From NCBI GenBank assembly GCA_036340075.1, contig JAYYZJ010000004.1, forward strand, positions 1 to 64,000: a stretch of 64,000 nucleotides of DNA, given 5' to 3'. Each line of letters starts with the position of its first letter. The first letter of the stretch is position 1. This document shows, piece after piece, positions 9,795-20,620 of the stretch. The DNA comes from Thermodesulfobacteriota bacterium (GTDB taxonomy: Bacteria; Desulfobacterota_D; UBA1144). The translations under genes and the position numbers were made by a program. The notes beneath the pieces were generated by a model. It saw only the letters and a program-made list of their open reading frames with translations. It was not told where the DNA came from and made no database searches.

Positions 9795-10547
9795 TTATAA
9801 TTTAAAAAATTTAACTGTGTTGTTTCTAATTTTTTCAGAAATTTTTAAATACTCCTCCTTTTTAATTAATGATAAGCATTCTGCTATATATACAAGATTC
9901 CTCGGATGATTTTCCTTTCCTCTCTTTGGTTCAGGTGATAGATATGGCGAATCAGTTTCGATCATAATTCTATCTGTAGGTATATAATCAACTACCTCAC
10001 GTAATTCATTAGATTTTTTAAAGGTTATTATTCCTGTAAAAGAAATATAAGATCCTAAATCCAAAAAGTCTTTCGCATCCTCTTTGTTTCCCGTAAAGCA
10101 ATGTATTACAAAATTTGTTTCTGGTTTTCTTTTTTTTAAAAAAGTGGCAACTTCTTTGTAAGAATCTCTAGAATGAACAATAAATGGTAAATTTTTATTT
10201 TCAGCTATCTCTATTTGTCTATCAAAGAAAGCTAGCTGCTGTTTAGAGTTGTCCCTAGAATAATAAAAGTCCAATCCTATTTCTCCTATAGCTTTGTTTC
10301 TTGTATCGGTACAAAGCCTTTCTATTTCATCTAAATCATCAAGCTCAAGAGTTTTTATATCGCAAGGATGGATTCCAACAGCGCTAAAAATCTGATTGAA
10401 TTTATTCGCAATTTTAACATTATCGATTGATGAATGAATATCAGTAGAAACCGAAATTATTTCGGTAACATCTGACTCAATAGACTCTCTGACTACTTCT
10501 TCAGTATCTTTTAAATTATTTAAATGTGCATGTGTATCAATTAGCAT
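9795..10547 (-). CDS. tatD: TatD family hydrolase
   Basis: IDTHAHL, GIHP, IGEIGLD, HSRD, HCFTG, ETDSPYL. Confidence 0.94.
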   Translation of the reverse strand: MLIDTHAHLNNLKDTEEVVRESIESDVTEIISVSTDIHSSIDNVKIANKFNQIFSAVGIHPCDIKTLELDDLDEIERLCTDTRNKAIGEIGLDFYYSRDNSKQQLAFFDRQIEIAENKNLPFIVHSRDSYKEVATFLKKRKPETNFVIHCFTGNKEDAKDFLDLGSYISFTGIITFKKSNELREVVDYIPTDRIMIETDSPYLSPEPKRGKENHPRNLVYIAECLSLIKKEEYLKISEKIRNNTVKFFKL

Positions 10548-10552
10548 AATAG

Positions 10553-11014
10553 CTATTTTTCTTTTATTAATCTTTTTAATTCATCTAAGAACTCTGAAAG
10601 ATTGTCAAAAGCTCTATAAACAGATGCGAATCTAATATATGCAACCTGGTCTATTTCATAAAGATGTCTCGTAACAAGCTCACCTATTTGACTAGTATTT
10701 ATTTCTCTTTTTCCTGATTCAATCAACTCTTTTTCAATCAAAAAAACTACATTTTCTATCTGCTTTATACTAACAGGTCTTTTTTCACAAGCTGTAAGCA
10801 TGCCATCCATAATCTTAGATTTGTCATATTTTTGTGTAGCTCCATCTTTTTTGATTACTACTAATTCATACTCCTCGACTCTTTCATAAGTAGTAAAACG
10901 CTGACCGCAGCTGGCACATTCTCTTCTTCTTCTAATAGATTTTGAATCGGCGCCTGGTCTAGAATCGATTACCCTCGACTCTACTGTGTCGCATTTTGGA
11001 TTATTACAGAACAT
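10553..11014 (-). CDS. nrdR: Transcriptional repressor NrdR
   Basis: RVIDSR, IRRRREC..CGQRFTTYE, ATP cone, VAYIRFASVY. Confidence 0.96.
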   Translation of the reverse strand: MFCNNPKCDTVESRVIDSRPGADSKSIRRRRECASCGQRFTTYERVEEYELVVIKKDGATQKYDKSKIMDGMLTACEKRPVSIKQIENVVFLIEKELIESGKREINTSQIGELVTRHLYEIDQVAYIRFASVYRAFDNLSEFLDELKRLIKEK

Positions 11015-11060
11015 AAAAAGATACTATCACAAAATTAATATAAAGGCTGAAAATATAAAG

Positions 11061-12302
11061 CTAGATTAAATGGGAATATATAGGGAATTGAGAACAAAGC
11101 TCTTTAACATCTTTTTTACAAGAAATTAAAATTTTATCATTTCCATGATTATTTAATGCCTTAGATATGAGTTCAGCTATTATTTCTATCTCTTTTTCTT
11201 TCATACCTCTCGTCGTTATTCCAGGAGTACCAATTCTCACACCAGAAGCTATTGCAGGAGGTTGAGGGTCAAATGGTATTGCATTTTTATTTGTTGTAAT
11301 TCCTGCATCTGACAAAGCTTTCTCAGCTTCTTTACCAGTTATTCCAGATTCTCTTAAATCCAAAAGAACTAAATGTGTATCTGTCCCACCAGTTATACAG
11401 TCAAAACCATCCTTGATTAGCAACTCTGCTAAAAGTTTTGAATTAATTAAAACTTGTTTTTGATAATCTTTAAACGAAGGGTCCAACGCTTCTTTGAAAG
11501 CTACAGCTTTAGCAGCAATCATATTCATCAAAGGTCCACCTTGAGTTCCAGGAAAAACTCTGCTGTTGATTATTTTGGCATGCTCTTCTTTCATCATGAC
11601 CATTCCACCTCGTGGTCCCCTCAAGGTTTTATGTGTAGTAGTTGTCACAAAATCACAATATGGTACAGGATCAGAATAAAGTTTTGCAGCTATTAGTCCG
11701 GAAGGATGTGCAATATCAGCCAACAGAAGTGCTCCCGATTTGTCAGCTATTTCTCTAAATCTAGCAAAATCCAAATCTCTTGGATAAGAACTCCATCCGG
11801 CTATTATTAATTTGGGCTTGTTTTTTAATGCTAGCTCTTCTATTTGTTCGTAATCAATTAAAAAGGTATCTTCCTTAACTCCATAAGAAATAGAATTATA
11901 AACTCTTCCTGAGAAATTTACTTTTGAACCATGAGATAGATGACCACCATGATCAAGACTCATCCCTAAAACTGTATCTCCTGGATTTAGAAATCCAAGA
12001 AAAACAGCCATATTGGCTTGAGCACCTGAATGAGGTTGTACATTTACAGCTTCTGCTCCAAATACGAGCTTAGCTCTCTCTATAGCTAATTCTTCAGCAG
12101 CATCATAGTATTCGCATCCACCATAATATCTTTTTCCTGGATAGCCCTCGGCATACTTATTAGTAAATGGAGAGCCCATAACTTCCATAACTTCCTGACT
12201 AGCATAATTCTCGGAAGCTATCATTTGAAGCTCAAATTCCTGTCTTCCTATTTCTTTATTTATTAGGTTAAAAATTTCAGAATCTTTATCTAATAGACTC
12301 AT
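11061..12302 (-). CDS. glyA: Serine hydroxymethyltransferase
   Basis: [35 protein letters not shown]. Confidence 0.98.
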   Translation of the reverse strand: MSLLDKDSEIFNLINKEIGRQEFELQMIASENYASQEVMEVMGSPFTNKYAEGYPGKRYYGGCEYYDAAEELAIERAKLVFGAEAVNVQPHSGAQANMAVFLGFLNPGDTVLGMSLDHGGHLSHGSKVNFSGRVYNSISYGVKEDTFLIDYEQIEELALKNKPKLIIAGWSSYPRDLDFARFREIADKSGALLLADIAHPSGLIAAKLYSDPVPYCDFVTTTTHKTLRGPRGGMVMMKEEHAKIINSRVFPGTQGGPLMNMIAAKAVAFKEALDPSFKDYQKQVLINSKLLAELLIKDGFDCITGGTDTHLVLLDLRESGITGKEAEKALSDAGITTNKNAIPFDPQPPAIASGVRIGTPGITTRGMKEKEIEIIAELISKALNNHGNDKILISCKKDVKELCSQFPIYSHLI

Positions 12303-12314
12303 GGGAGTACAATC

Positions 12315-12343
12315 AGGTTACTTAAATTGTAAAAAAAATTCAA
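12315..12343 (-). promoter_or_regulatory. Putative sigma70 promoter for glyA
   Basis: TTGAAT-17 bp-TAACCT on minus strand. Confidence 0.45.
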
Positions 12344-12374
12344 GCAAGTGTGCAAATATAGTTAATATTAATAT

Positions 12375-15086
12375 ATGGATAAAGAGATTCGTATTTTGGG
12401 AGCGGCTCAAAATAATCTTAAGGGTATAGATGTCAACATACCATGGTACAACTTATGTGTAGTTACCGGTCTATCTGGTTCCGGAAAATCTTCTTTGGCA
12501 ATTGATACTATACATGCAGAGAGCAGAAGAAGGTATCTCGAATCATTGTCTACTTATGCAAGACAATTCTTAGAAAAAATAGATAAACCTAAAGTGTTAT
12601 CAATAGATGGAGCCCCTCCGTCAATATCAATTGAAAGTAGAAATAATGTTAAAAATTCAAGATCAACAGTGGGTACGTTAACCGAAGTGTATGACTATAT
12701 GAGAGTAATTTATAGCAGAATTGGAAAAATTTATTGTACTGAGTGTGATACTGAATGCGTATCTATATCAACGATTGATATTTATAAATATTTGTTAAAG
12801 GACTATGGGAATCATGAAGTAATAATTTGCATAGAAAATGAAAATAAGATTGATCAAAAGGATTTAGTTAAAGCAGGAATTTTTGAAGCTATACTTTTAA
12901 ATAAGATAATTAATTTGAGCGATACATTGGAAGACGAAACAATATATCCATTAATAGACAAGGTAAAGCCTAGCAAAAACAATCAATCAAGAATAATAGA
13001 ATCCTTAGATCTAGGATTTTCTATTTCAAAAACTATATGTATTTACGACAAGAAGAAGCAACTTCTAAAAAGATTTAAGAAAGAGCTGTGTTGTCCAAGA
13101 TGCTTTAAGGAATATAAAAAAATATCTCCTAATAAATTATCCTTTAATAGTCCTGATGGTGCTTGTAAGCAATGCAAAGGATTTGGAAATATACTACTCC
13201 CAGATTTAAATCTCATAGTAAAAGACAAAAAGAAAAGTATTGAAGAAGGGTGCATCTCTATATTGCAAAGACCTTCTTTAGGTTATGAAAAAAGAAGATT
13301 TTTGGATTTCTGTGACAGATCTAAAATTAACACAAAAACGTCCTATGAGAATTTGTCAAACAAAGATATCGATTCAATTTTGATAGGAGACAAAAAATAT
13401 AAAGGACTTTACGGTTTATTTAAGAGACTAGAGTCAAAATCTTATAAGATGCATATTAGAATGCTACTTAGTAAATATAGATCTCCTTCTGAATGTAATG
13501 AGTGTAATGGTTCAAGAATAAATTCTCTTGGCTCTAAGGTTCGTTTACAAAATAAGACTATAAAAGATTTATGCACTATGCCTATTAATAAACTTTTAAT
13601 CTTCCTAACTAAAATAAAAATATCAAAAACAGATAGACAGATTGTTGATGAATCAATAAAACAGTGCACTTCTAGATTGACTTATTTATTAGAAGTTGGA
13701 TTAGAATATTTAACCTTGGCAAGGTTAGGTAGAAGTCTGTCTGGTGGTGAAGCGCAAAGAGTAAATTTGGCGCAACAATTAGGGTCCCGTTTAACTGATA
13801 CTTTATATGTGCTCGATGAACCATCTATTGGGTTACATCCAAAAGACATAGAAAGACTTTTTAAAACACTTGTTAATCTAAGAAACCTAGACAATACAAT
13901 CATATTAATTGAACATGATTTAGACATAATTTCTAAATCAGATTGGATAATTGAGCTTGGTCCCTCTTCAGGAGAAAAAGGTGGGGAATTAATTTATTGT
14001 GGCAAACGTCAGAATATAAATAGAAATTCTAAGTCGATTACAAATAAGTATATCAATGGGATTTTAAAAGTTGATACGCCTAAAACAAGAAGAAGTGGAA
14101 TTAGCAAAATTAAGGTTAAAAACGCTTCTAAAAATAATCTAAACAAAGTTTCTTTTGAGATTCCAATTAATTGCATAACTTGTGTTACTGGAGTATCTGG
14201 CTCAGGGAAAAGCACTCTCATTAAAGACTGTTTTTATGGAAATGCTATAAGAGAATATGGAAAAACATATGACAACTTCGGTCAAGTATTATCAATTACA
14301 GGTCTTGAACATCTAACTGATTTGGTAATGATTACTCAAGAATCAATTGGGACAAGTGCGAGATCTAATCCCGCTAGCTATATGAAAATTTATGATGATA
14401 TTAGAAAAACAATGTCGAATACCAGTAGTGCCATTAAAGCTGGATATGCACCAGGAGATTTCTCCTTCAATACAAAAGGAGGCAGATGTGAAGAATGCCA
14501 AGGAGAAGGAAAAAAAACTATAGAAATGCAATTTTTATCTGATTTAGAAATAGATTGCGAAGCGTGCCAAGGAAAGAGATTCAATAAAGAAATACTAAAT
14601 ATAAAATACAAAGGAAAAAACATTGATGATATTTTAGAGTTAACTGTTTCAGAAGCTACAGATTTTTTCAATAACAATAACTCCATAAAAAATAAATTAA
14701 ATATTCTTTCCTCCGTTGGACTTGGATATATAAAAATTGGTCAACCTTCAAATACGCTTTCAGGCGGAGAATCCCAAAGAATAAAAATCGCGAAATCTCT
14801 GATTCCAAAAAGGACAAAAAATGTTCTTTATATTTTTGATGAACCATCTATTGGTTTACATATAGATGATTTAAAAAATCTCATTAATACTTTTAATTTA
14901 ATCATGGAAAGAGAGAATACAATAATAATAATCGAACATAATATTGAATTAATCAAAATTGCCGATTACATAATAGATATGGGACCAGGTGGGGGTAAAA
15001 ATGGTGGAGAAATTATTGCTACTGGTACTCCAGAAAAAATACAACAAAATAAATCTTCTATAATAGGAAGGTATCTAAATCTATAG
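12375..15086 (+). CDS. uvrA: UvrA-family excinuclease ABC ATPase (possibly a UvrA paralogue)
   Basis: Two ABC modules (GLSGSGKS/LSGGE; GVSGSGKS/LSGGES), several CxxC zinc motifs, RRYLESLSTYARQFL. Confidence 0.88.
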   Translation: MDKEIRILGAAQNNLKGIDVNIPWYNLCVVTGLSGSGKSSLAIDTIHAESRRRYLESLSTYARQFLEKIDKPKVLSIDGAPPSISIESRNNVKNSRSTVGTLTEVYDYMRVIYSRIGKIYCTECDTECVSISTIDIYKYLLKDYGNHEVIICIENENKIDQKDLVKAGIFEAILLNKIINLSDTLEDETIYPLIDKVKPSKNNQSRIIESLDLGFSISKTICIYDKKKQLLKRFKKELCCPRCFKEYKKISPNKLSFNSPDGACKQCKGFGNILLPDLNLIVKDKKKSIEEGCISILQRPSLGYEKRRFLDFCDRSKINTKTSYENLSNKDIDSILIGDKKYKGLYGLFKRLESKSYKMHIRMLLSKYRSPSECNECNGSRINSLGSKVRLQNKTIKDLCTMPINKLLIFLTKIKISKTDRQIVDESIKQCTSRLTYLLEVGLEYLTLARLGRSLSGGEAQRVNLAQQLGSRLTDTLYVLDEPSIGLHPKDIERLFKTLVNLRNLDNTIILIEHDLDIISKSDWIIELGPSSGEKGGELIYCGKRQNINRNSKSITNKYINGILKVDTPKTRRSGISKIKVKNASKNNLNKVSFEIPINCITCVTGVSGSGKSTLIKDCFYGNAIREYGKTYDNFGQVLSITGLEHLTDLVMITQESIGTSARSNPASYMKIYDDIRKTMSNTSSAIKAGYAPGDFSFNTKGGRCEECQGEGKKTIEMQFLSDLEIDCEACQGKRFNKEILNIKYKGKNIDDILELTVSEATDFFNNNNSIKNKLNILSSVGLGYIKIGQPSNTLSGGESQRIKIAKSLIPKRTKNVLYIFDEPSIGLHIDDLKNLINTFNLIMERENTIIIIEHNIELIKIADYIIDMGPGGGKNGGEIIATGTPEKIQQNKSSIIGRYLNL

Positions 15087-15857
15087 CTTACATTCAAGAA
15101 TATAAAGTAAATCTTTATGTATTAACGAGTTAGAAGCAACTATATCTTTCTGATGAATTTCATATTCTTCACCATTAATTTTTGTAATCATTCCTCCAGC
15201 TTCTTCTACAAGTAGGATTCCAGCTGCTGTATCCCAAGGATTTAAACCAAGCTCCCAAAAACCATCCAATCTTCCACAAGCAACATAAGCAAGATCCAAA
15301 GCTGCGGATCCGTCTCTTCTAATTGATCTGCACTTGTATAATAAGTTCTTAAAATTTTCAACATTAGCTTCGCCATATTCTTTATTTGATGTTATAAATC
15401 CAGTGCATAACAAAGCCTGGTTCAGCTTATTATTGTTACTTACAAAAATTTTCTTATCATTCAAATAGGACCCCGCCCCCTTCTCTGAATAAAAGAATTC
15501 ATTTCTTACTGGATCCAAGATAGCTGCATGAGAAATAATACCTTCAATCATTAATCCAATAGAAATGCAAAAAAAAGGGTAATCGTGGATATAGTTATTA
15601 GTTCCATCAATTGGATCTATAATCCAATGTAAACTTGATTTTTTGTTGTTATTAGAATTTAATTCTTCAGCAAGAAAAGATGAGTCGGGATAATCTCTTT
15701 TAATTAAATTCACTATAGTGTTTTCAATTTTAATATCAATTTCTGTAACCCAATTATTTTCTCCTTTGGATTTAATTTCCTTGTTTTGCTCGAAACTTTC
15801 CATCATTATCTCGCCGGCTGAGTAACAAGACTTTTTCATGATATCAAAAAAATTCAT
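15081..15857 (-). CDS. suhB: Inositol monophosphatase family (SuhB)
   Basis: WIIDPIDGTNNY, GSAALDLAYVACGR, PWDTAAG. Confidence 0.92.
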   Translation of the reverse strand: MNFFDIMKKSCYSAGEIMMESFEQNKEIKSKGENNWVTEIDIKIENTIVNLIKRDYPDSSFLAEELNSNNNKKSSLHWIIDPIDGTNNYIHDYPFFCISIGLMIEGIISHAAILDPVRNEFFYSEKGAGSYLNDKKIFVSNNNKLNQALLCTGFITSNKEYGEANVENFKNLLYKCRSIRRDGSAALDLAYVACGRLDGFWELGLNPWDTAAGILLVEEAGGMITKINGEEYEIHQKDIVASNSLIHKDLLYILECKL

Positions 15858-15921
15858 TATAAATAAACCTATAATATTTCTATTAAATTATTTTAAAGTA
15901 TTATTAACTATATATTCTATT

Positions 15922-16365
15922 ATGAAAAAAAATATCTCTTTTTCTTTTGGTGCAGATACCTTGTCTCCTTCCGTTGTTAAAGCAAAGGAATACTTAGAAA
16001 AGATTGATGAAAATATCAAAATTTATGGATTAATTAACAATGATGGATTAAACTGGGTAGAAATTGCAAAGAAAATAGCTCTAGATGTACAATGCGGAAT
16101 CTCAAATTATGGAATAATCTTTTGCTATACAGGAACAGGAGTTTCTATTGTTGCAAACAAGTTTAAAGGAATAAGGGCGGCTCTTTGTAATGATAAAGAA
16201 ATTGCAGCTGGTGCAAGAAGATGGAATGATGCTAATATTCTGACCATGGGTGTTTTATCAGTGAAAGAAAATGATGTAGAAGATATAATAGAGACATGGA
16301 TCAATACAGATGTTGATTCCTCTGAAATGAAAAATATTAAAAGTATAAGTGAGATTGAATTATGA
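15922..16365 (+). CDS. RpiB/LacA/LacB family sugar-phosphate isomerase
   Basis: FCYTGTGVSIVANK, GIRAALC, ARRWNDANIL; start moved to ATG 15922 to avoid overlap with suhB. Confidence 0.85.
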   Translation: MKKNISFSFGADTLSPSVVKAKEYLEKIDENIKIYGLINNDGLNWVEIAKKIALDVQCGISNYGIIFCYTGTGVSIVANKFKGIRAALCNDKEIAAGARRWNDANILTMGVLSVKENDVEDIIETWINTDVDSSEMKNIKSISEIEL

Positions 16366-17351
16366 GAGTCGGAATTGTAGGCGCAAGCGGAGCAGTAGGA
16401 TTAGAAATAATTAAACTGCTAGAATCAAGACGATTCAAACTTCAATCTTTATCTCTATTTGGTTCTGATAGATCTGCTGGAAGATATTTATATTTTAAGA
16501 AAAAAAAGATTAAGATTAAAAAACTTACTAAAAAAGGATTAGAAAATCTTGATTTGGTTTTTTTCTCTGCTGGTTCAAGGATTAGTAAAAAATTTGCAAA
16601 TATTGCTGCATCATATGGGGCAATAGTTATTGACAATAGCTCTGCATTTAGGATGAATGCAGATACCCCATTAATTGTTCCTGAAATTAATCCTGAAGAT
16701 ATGGAAAAAACTAAAAGTAGAATTATTGCTAATCCAAATTGCACTACTATTATTTCATTGATGGCAATTAAACCGCTGTATAATTTATCAAAAATTCGCA
16801 GAATAGTTGCTACCAGTTTTCAGTCTGTATCAGGAGCTGGGAGTAGAGGTATTGATGAATTGCTAAGCAACACTGCATCTTTATCAAAAAACAAAAAAAC
16901 CTCAAATCCTATATTCAAAAAACAGATAGCTTACAATGTTATACCTAAAATTGGAGATTTTAACTCGAACTTGTTTAGCGAGGAAGAAATGAAATTACAT
17001 AATGAATCAAGAAAAATACTTTCAGACAAAAAAATAAATATCAGTGCCACTACTGTAAGAGTGCCTGTAATTAGATCTCACAGTGTAAGTTTAAATATTG
17101 AATTTACTAAATCTATAACAATAAAAAGAGCTTTGAAAGCATTGAACCAATTTTCTGGTATAAGAATTGAACCAACTTCAAAGGGGATTAGTTTTCCTAC
17201 ACCCATAGAAGCAACAGATAAGGATTATTGTATAGTTGGAAGACTTAGAAAGGATTTTACTAGAAAAAACACACTATCTTTATGGGTTGTTGGAGATCAA
17301 ATTAGGAAAGGTGCTGCTTTGAATGCCGTTCAGATTGCTGAACTTTTGTGA
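16362..17351 (+). CDS. asd: Aspartate-semialdehyde dehydrogenase
   Basis: GASGAVG, IDNSSAFRM, IIANPNCTT, QSVSGAG, KGAALNAVQIAE. Confidence 0.96.
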   Translation: MRVGIVGASGAVGLEIIKLLESRRFKLQSLSLFGSDRSAGRYLYFKKKKIKIKKLTKKGLENLDLVFFSAGSRISKKFANIAASYGAIVIDNSSAFRMNADTPLIVPEINPEDMEKTKSRIIANPNCTTIISLMAIKPLYNLSKIRRIVATSFQSVSGAGSRGIDELLSNTASLSKNKKTSNPIFKKQIAYNVIPKIGDFNSNLFSEEEMKLHNESRKILSDKKINISATTVRVPVIRSHSVSLNIEFTKSITIKRALKALNQFSGIRIEPTSKGISFPTPIEATDKDYCIVGRLRKDFTRKNTLSLWVVGDQIRKGAALNAVQIAELL

Positions 17352-17383
17352 CTACTAAGAATTGTATAGTATTATATATCTAA

Positions 17384-18268
17384 ATGCAGAAAATAAGAGG
17401 TTGTATAACTGCTTTAGTTACACCATTTGATACCAAGGGTAATATTGATAAAACTGCGCTTAAGAGTTTAATTGCAAATCAGATTCGTTCCGGGGTACAT
17501 GGCCTAGTACCATGTGGAACAACAGGAGAGTCCCCTACACTTAGTCATGAAGAACATGAAGAAGTAATTCGTATAACTATAGAGATAGTAAATAAAAGAG
17601 TTCCTGTCATTGCTGGCACAGGTTCTAATTCAACAGATGAGGCTTTAAGGTTAACTAGAGCTGCGGAAAAGGCTGGTGCAGACGCAAGTCTTCAGGTTGT
17701 ACCTTATTACAATAAACCTAATCAACTTGGCCTATATAAACATTTTAGCAAAATTGCACAAAATACATCTTTGCCAATTATCTTATACAATATTCCGGGG
17801 AGATCGGTTGTAAATCTTGATAATTCAACTATTAAAAAGCTTAACAAAGAAAACAAAAATATTGTTGGTATAAAAGAAGCCACGGGAAAAATTTCCAAAG
17901 TAAAAGAAATAAGAAAAAGTTGTCCGAAGAGTTTTATAATATTATCAGGAGATGATAGTTTAAATTATCGTACGTTAAAAGAAGGTGGTAATGGGTATAT
18001 TTCAGTTACATCAAATATAGCACCTAAAGAATGTTCTGAAATGTTTAATGCTTTTGTAAAAAAGAATTACAAAGAAGCTAAAAGAATAGACACCAAGCTT
18101 AAGAAGCTTAACAATCTTTTATTTGTTGATACAAATCCTATAGCTATAAAATATGCATTATCTGAAGCTGGTTTTTGTAAGAACACTTTAAGATTACCTC
18201 TAACGAAATTAAAATTAAAAGATTCTTCATTGATTAAAAAAGAGCTAAAACAGTTGAAATTAATTTAA
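17384..18268 (+). CDS. dapA: 4-hydroxy-tetrahydrodipicolinate synthase
   Basis: TALVTPF, GTTGESPTL, PYYNKP, LYNIPGR, GIKEATG. Confidence 0.96.
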   Translation: MQKIRGCITALVTPFDTKGNIDKTALKSLIANQIRSGVHGLVPCGTTGESPTLSHEEHEEVIRITIEIVNKRVPVIAGTGSNSTDEALRLTRAAEKAGADASLQVVPYYNKPNQLGLYKHFSKIAQNTSLPIILYNIPGRSVVNLDNSTIKKLNKENKNIVGIKEATGKISKVKEIRKSCPKSFIILSGDDSLNYRTLKEGGNGYISVTSNIAPKECSEMFNAFVKKNYKEAKRIDTKLKKLNNLLFVDTNPIAIKYALSEAGFCKNTLRLPLTKLKLKDSSLIKKELKQLKLI

Positions 18269-18852
18269 TGGAATCTTTAAGCAAGCTGGAAAAGAGTTTA
18301 ATTGATGACAATAAAATTGTTGCGGGTGTTGATGAAGTTGGACGTGGTTCACTTATAGGTCCAGTTGTTACTTGTGCATTCCTAATCGATAAACATTTCA
18401 ATACATTCGTAAAAGATTCCAAAGCACTTACAGAAAAAAAAAGGAATGCAATTTTCTTAGAACTCATTAGTTCGAATACAAATTTCTCCTTAGGACTTTC
18501 TTCTCATAAAGAAATTGACAAGTTAAACATACTAAATGCTACAAAATTGGCAATGCTTAGGGCTGTGAACAATTTAAAAATAAAACCAAACATTTTACTG
18601 ATAGATGGTAACCAAAAAATAAATTCTGATATTTCTCAAATATGTATTACAAAAGGTGACAATATATGTAAATCTATTGCTGCCGCTTCGATAATTGCAA
18701 AAGTTGTTAGAGACTTTATAGTGAAACAAATATCTCATGCCTATCCTTACTATAGTTTGGATAAAAACAAAGGCTATGCTACAAAGCACCACAAAAAATC
18801 AATTGCTACTTATGGGCTTAGCCCTGTCCACAGAAAGACTTTTAAGGTTTGA
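18268..18852 (+). CDS. rnhB: Ribonuclease HII
   Basis: GVDEVGRG, KDSK, IDG, SIAAASIIAKVVRD, HRKTF. Confidence 0.95.
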   Translation: MESLSKLEKSLIDDNKIVAGVDEVGRGSLIGPVVTCAFLIDKHFNTFVKDSKALTEKKRNAIFLELISSNTNFSLGLSSHKEIDKLNILNATKLAMLRAVNNLKIKPNILLIDGNQKINSDISQICITKGDNICKSIAAASIIAKVVRDFIVKQISHAYPYYSLDKNKGYATKHHKKSIATYGLSPVHRKTFKV

Positions 18853-18860
18853 TTAAATAA

Positions 18861-18889
18861 TTGACAATATAATATTATTGACTTATTTT
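18861..18889 (+). promoter_or_regulatory. Putative sigma70 promoter for merR-tRNA-Pro-surE unit
   Basis: TTGACA-17 bp-TATTTT, 6 nt before ATG 18896. Confidence 0.55.
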
Positions 18890-18895
18890 GATTTC

Positions 18896-19228
18896 ATGAA
18901 CAAAGGAGAGAAAAAATATTATTTTAAAATTGGAGAACTTGAAACTATAACTGGAATACCTGCCAATAAAATTAGATATTGGACTAAAAAATATGAATAT
19001 CTATCAGAGCAGCTAAGAGAAAATACTTCGGGTATTCATAAACTTTATCATAAGGATTCAATAGAAATTATTTATAAAATTAACGGTTATCTTAATGAAG
19101 TTAATATTAAAATGGATGACAAAAAGATTAATGAAAAATTAGAAAATACATTTAAAAGGAACAGTGAACTATTGGATTCCTTAAAAAGTATAAGAATTAG
19201 ATTAGAAAAAATTTTAAATACTCCTTAA
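18896..19228 (+). CDS. MerR-family HTH protein
   Basis: KYYFKIGE..ITGI...IRYW pattern; typical position before tRNA-Pro(GGG) and surE. Confidence 0.75.
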   Translation: MNKGEKKYYFKIGELETITGIPANKIRYWTKKYEYLSEQLRENTSGIHKLYHKDSIEIIYKINGYLNEVNIKMDDKKINEKLENTFKRNSELLDSLKSIRIRLEKILNTP

Positions 19229-19231
19229 TTC

Positions 19232-19304
19232 CGGGGTGTGGCGCAGCTGGTAGCGCACTGGTCTGGGGGACCAGGGGTCGTCGGTTCAAGTCCGATCACC
19301 CCGA
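19232..19304 (+). tRNA. tRNA-Pro(GGG)
   Basis: Cloverleaf CGGGGTG..CACCCCG; anticodon arm CTGGT-CTGGGGG-ACCAG; GGTTCAAGTCC; no CCA. Confidence 0.95.
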
Positions 19305-19310
19305 TTAAAA

Positions 19311-20039
19311 ATGAGAATATTATTGACAAATGATGATGGTATACATTCAGAAGGTATTTATATCTTACAGGATATACTTTCAAAATTTGGTGAAACAATA
19401 GTAGTCGCTCCATCTAATAATCAAAGCACAAAAAGTCATGCTATAAGTCTTAGTGTTCCATTAAGAGTAAGGGAATTTGATAAAAATAAATATTCCGTTC
19501 TTGGTTTACCCGCGGATTGTGTCAACTATGCAATAAATAGCAAATTAGGAAAGAAGAAGTTTGATTTAGTTGTTTCGGGAATAAACAATGGTGCTAATAT
19601 GGGAGATGATATAAATTATTCAGGTACTGTTGCAGCTGCAAGAGAAGGCTTTTTGCATGGTATAAATTCTATTGCACTATCAATAGCTAACAAGAAAAAT
19701 CCAAAATATAAAGACTGTGCAATCTCTTTCGAAACTATTCTTTCAAAAATTTTAAAGAAGAGATTAAAATCATTTTTCTTCAACATTAATTATCCAAATA
19801 TTAATTATAATAAAATCAAAGGTGTTAAGATAACAAAACAAGGAGCTAGGGCGTATGGTCAAAAAATTGTCTCAAAGAAAGATCCGAGGAATAATGAATA
19901 TTTCTGGATTGGTGGTAATGACTTAAGCTATATGGCAAAGAAGGGAACTGATATTCATGCTGTCAGAAGTGGATTTGTTTCGATAACTCCACTTATAACA
20001 GACTATACAAAATATTCGGATCTCAATTTAAAATTATGA
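19311..20039 (+). CDS. surE: 5'/3'-nucleotidase SurE
   Basis: ILLTNDDGI, SGINNGANMG, YSGTVAAA. Confidence 0.96.
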   Translation: MRILLTNDDGIHSEGIYILQDILSKFGETIVVAPSNNQSTKSHAISLSVPLRVREFDKNKYSVLGLPADCVNYAINSKLGKKKFDLVVSGINNGANMGDDINYSGTVAAAREGFLHGINSIALSIANKKNPKYKDCAISFETILSKILKKRLKSFFFNINYPNINYNKIKGVKITKQGARAYGQKIVSKKDPRNNEYFWIGGNDLSYMAKKGTDIHAVRSGFVSITPLITDYTKYSDLNLKL

Positions 20040-20620
20040 TAGATAAATTAACTCAACAAACTTTAAAGTTCGCCACTGGATTTAAAGGAATAGTTATTAT
20101 GGCTATAGTTTCTTTCACAGAGGCAGTTTTTTTTGTAATCCCACCCGACCCTTTTTTAGGGCTACTTTGTATTAAGCAAAGCTACAAAAAAGTCCTTAAT
20201 CTTACTTTAATTTGTCTTGCTGCTTCTATTTTTGGCGGATGCATAGCATATTTCCTTGGTGATGAGATTGTTCAATATTCGATAGCAAATAATATTACTC
20301 CTATTACAAAGAATTTAGACAAATTAGATTTAATAAAAGAAAAAATAAATGAGGACACCTTTTTATTGATGATTTTATCCGGATTTACTCCTCTGCCTTT
20401 CAAGATTTTCTGCATAGGCGCAGGCATACTTAACGCTAGCTTTATTCCTTTCTTGATAGGCTCAATTATAGGTAGGTTTCTTAGATTTGCTCTAGTGGGA
20501 TATTTAGCTAAAGAATTCGGCGAAAAATTTATGAATATATTAAAAAGTAAAAAAGTTTTATACCCAACCATTGCTCTTATGGGTATTCTAGTTATATATT
20601 TTATTTATAAATGGAATTAA
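20036..20620 (+). CDS. YqaA/DedA (VTT domain) membrane protein
   Basis: SFTEAVFFVIPPD, FTPLPFKIF, GRFLRF; hydrophobic. Confidence 0.85.
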   Translation: MIDKLTQQTLKFATGFKGIVIMAIVSFTEAVFFVIPPDPFLGLLCIKQSYKKVLNLTLICLAASIFGGCIAYFLGDEIVQYSIANNITPITKNLDKLDLIKEKINEDTFLLMILSGFTPLPFKIFCIGAGILNASFIPFLIGSIIGRFLRFALVGYLAKEFGEKFMNILKSKKVLYPTIALMGILVIYFIYKWN

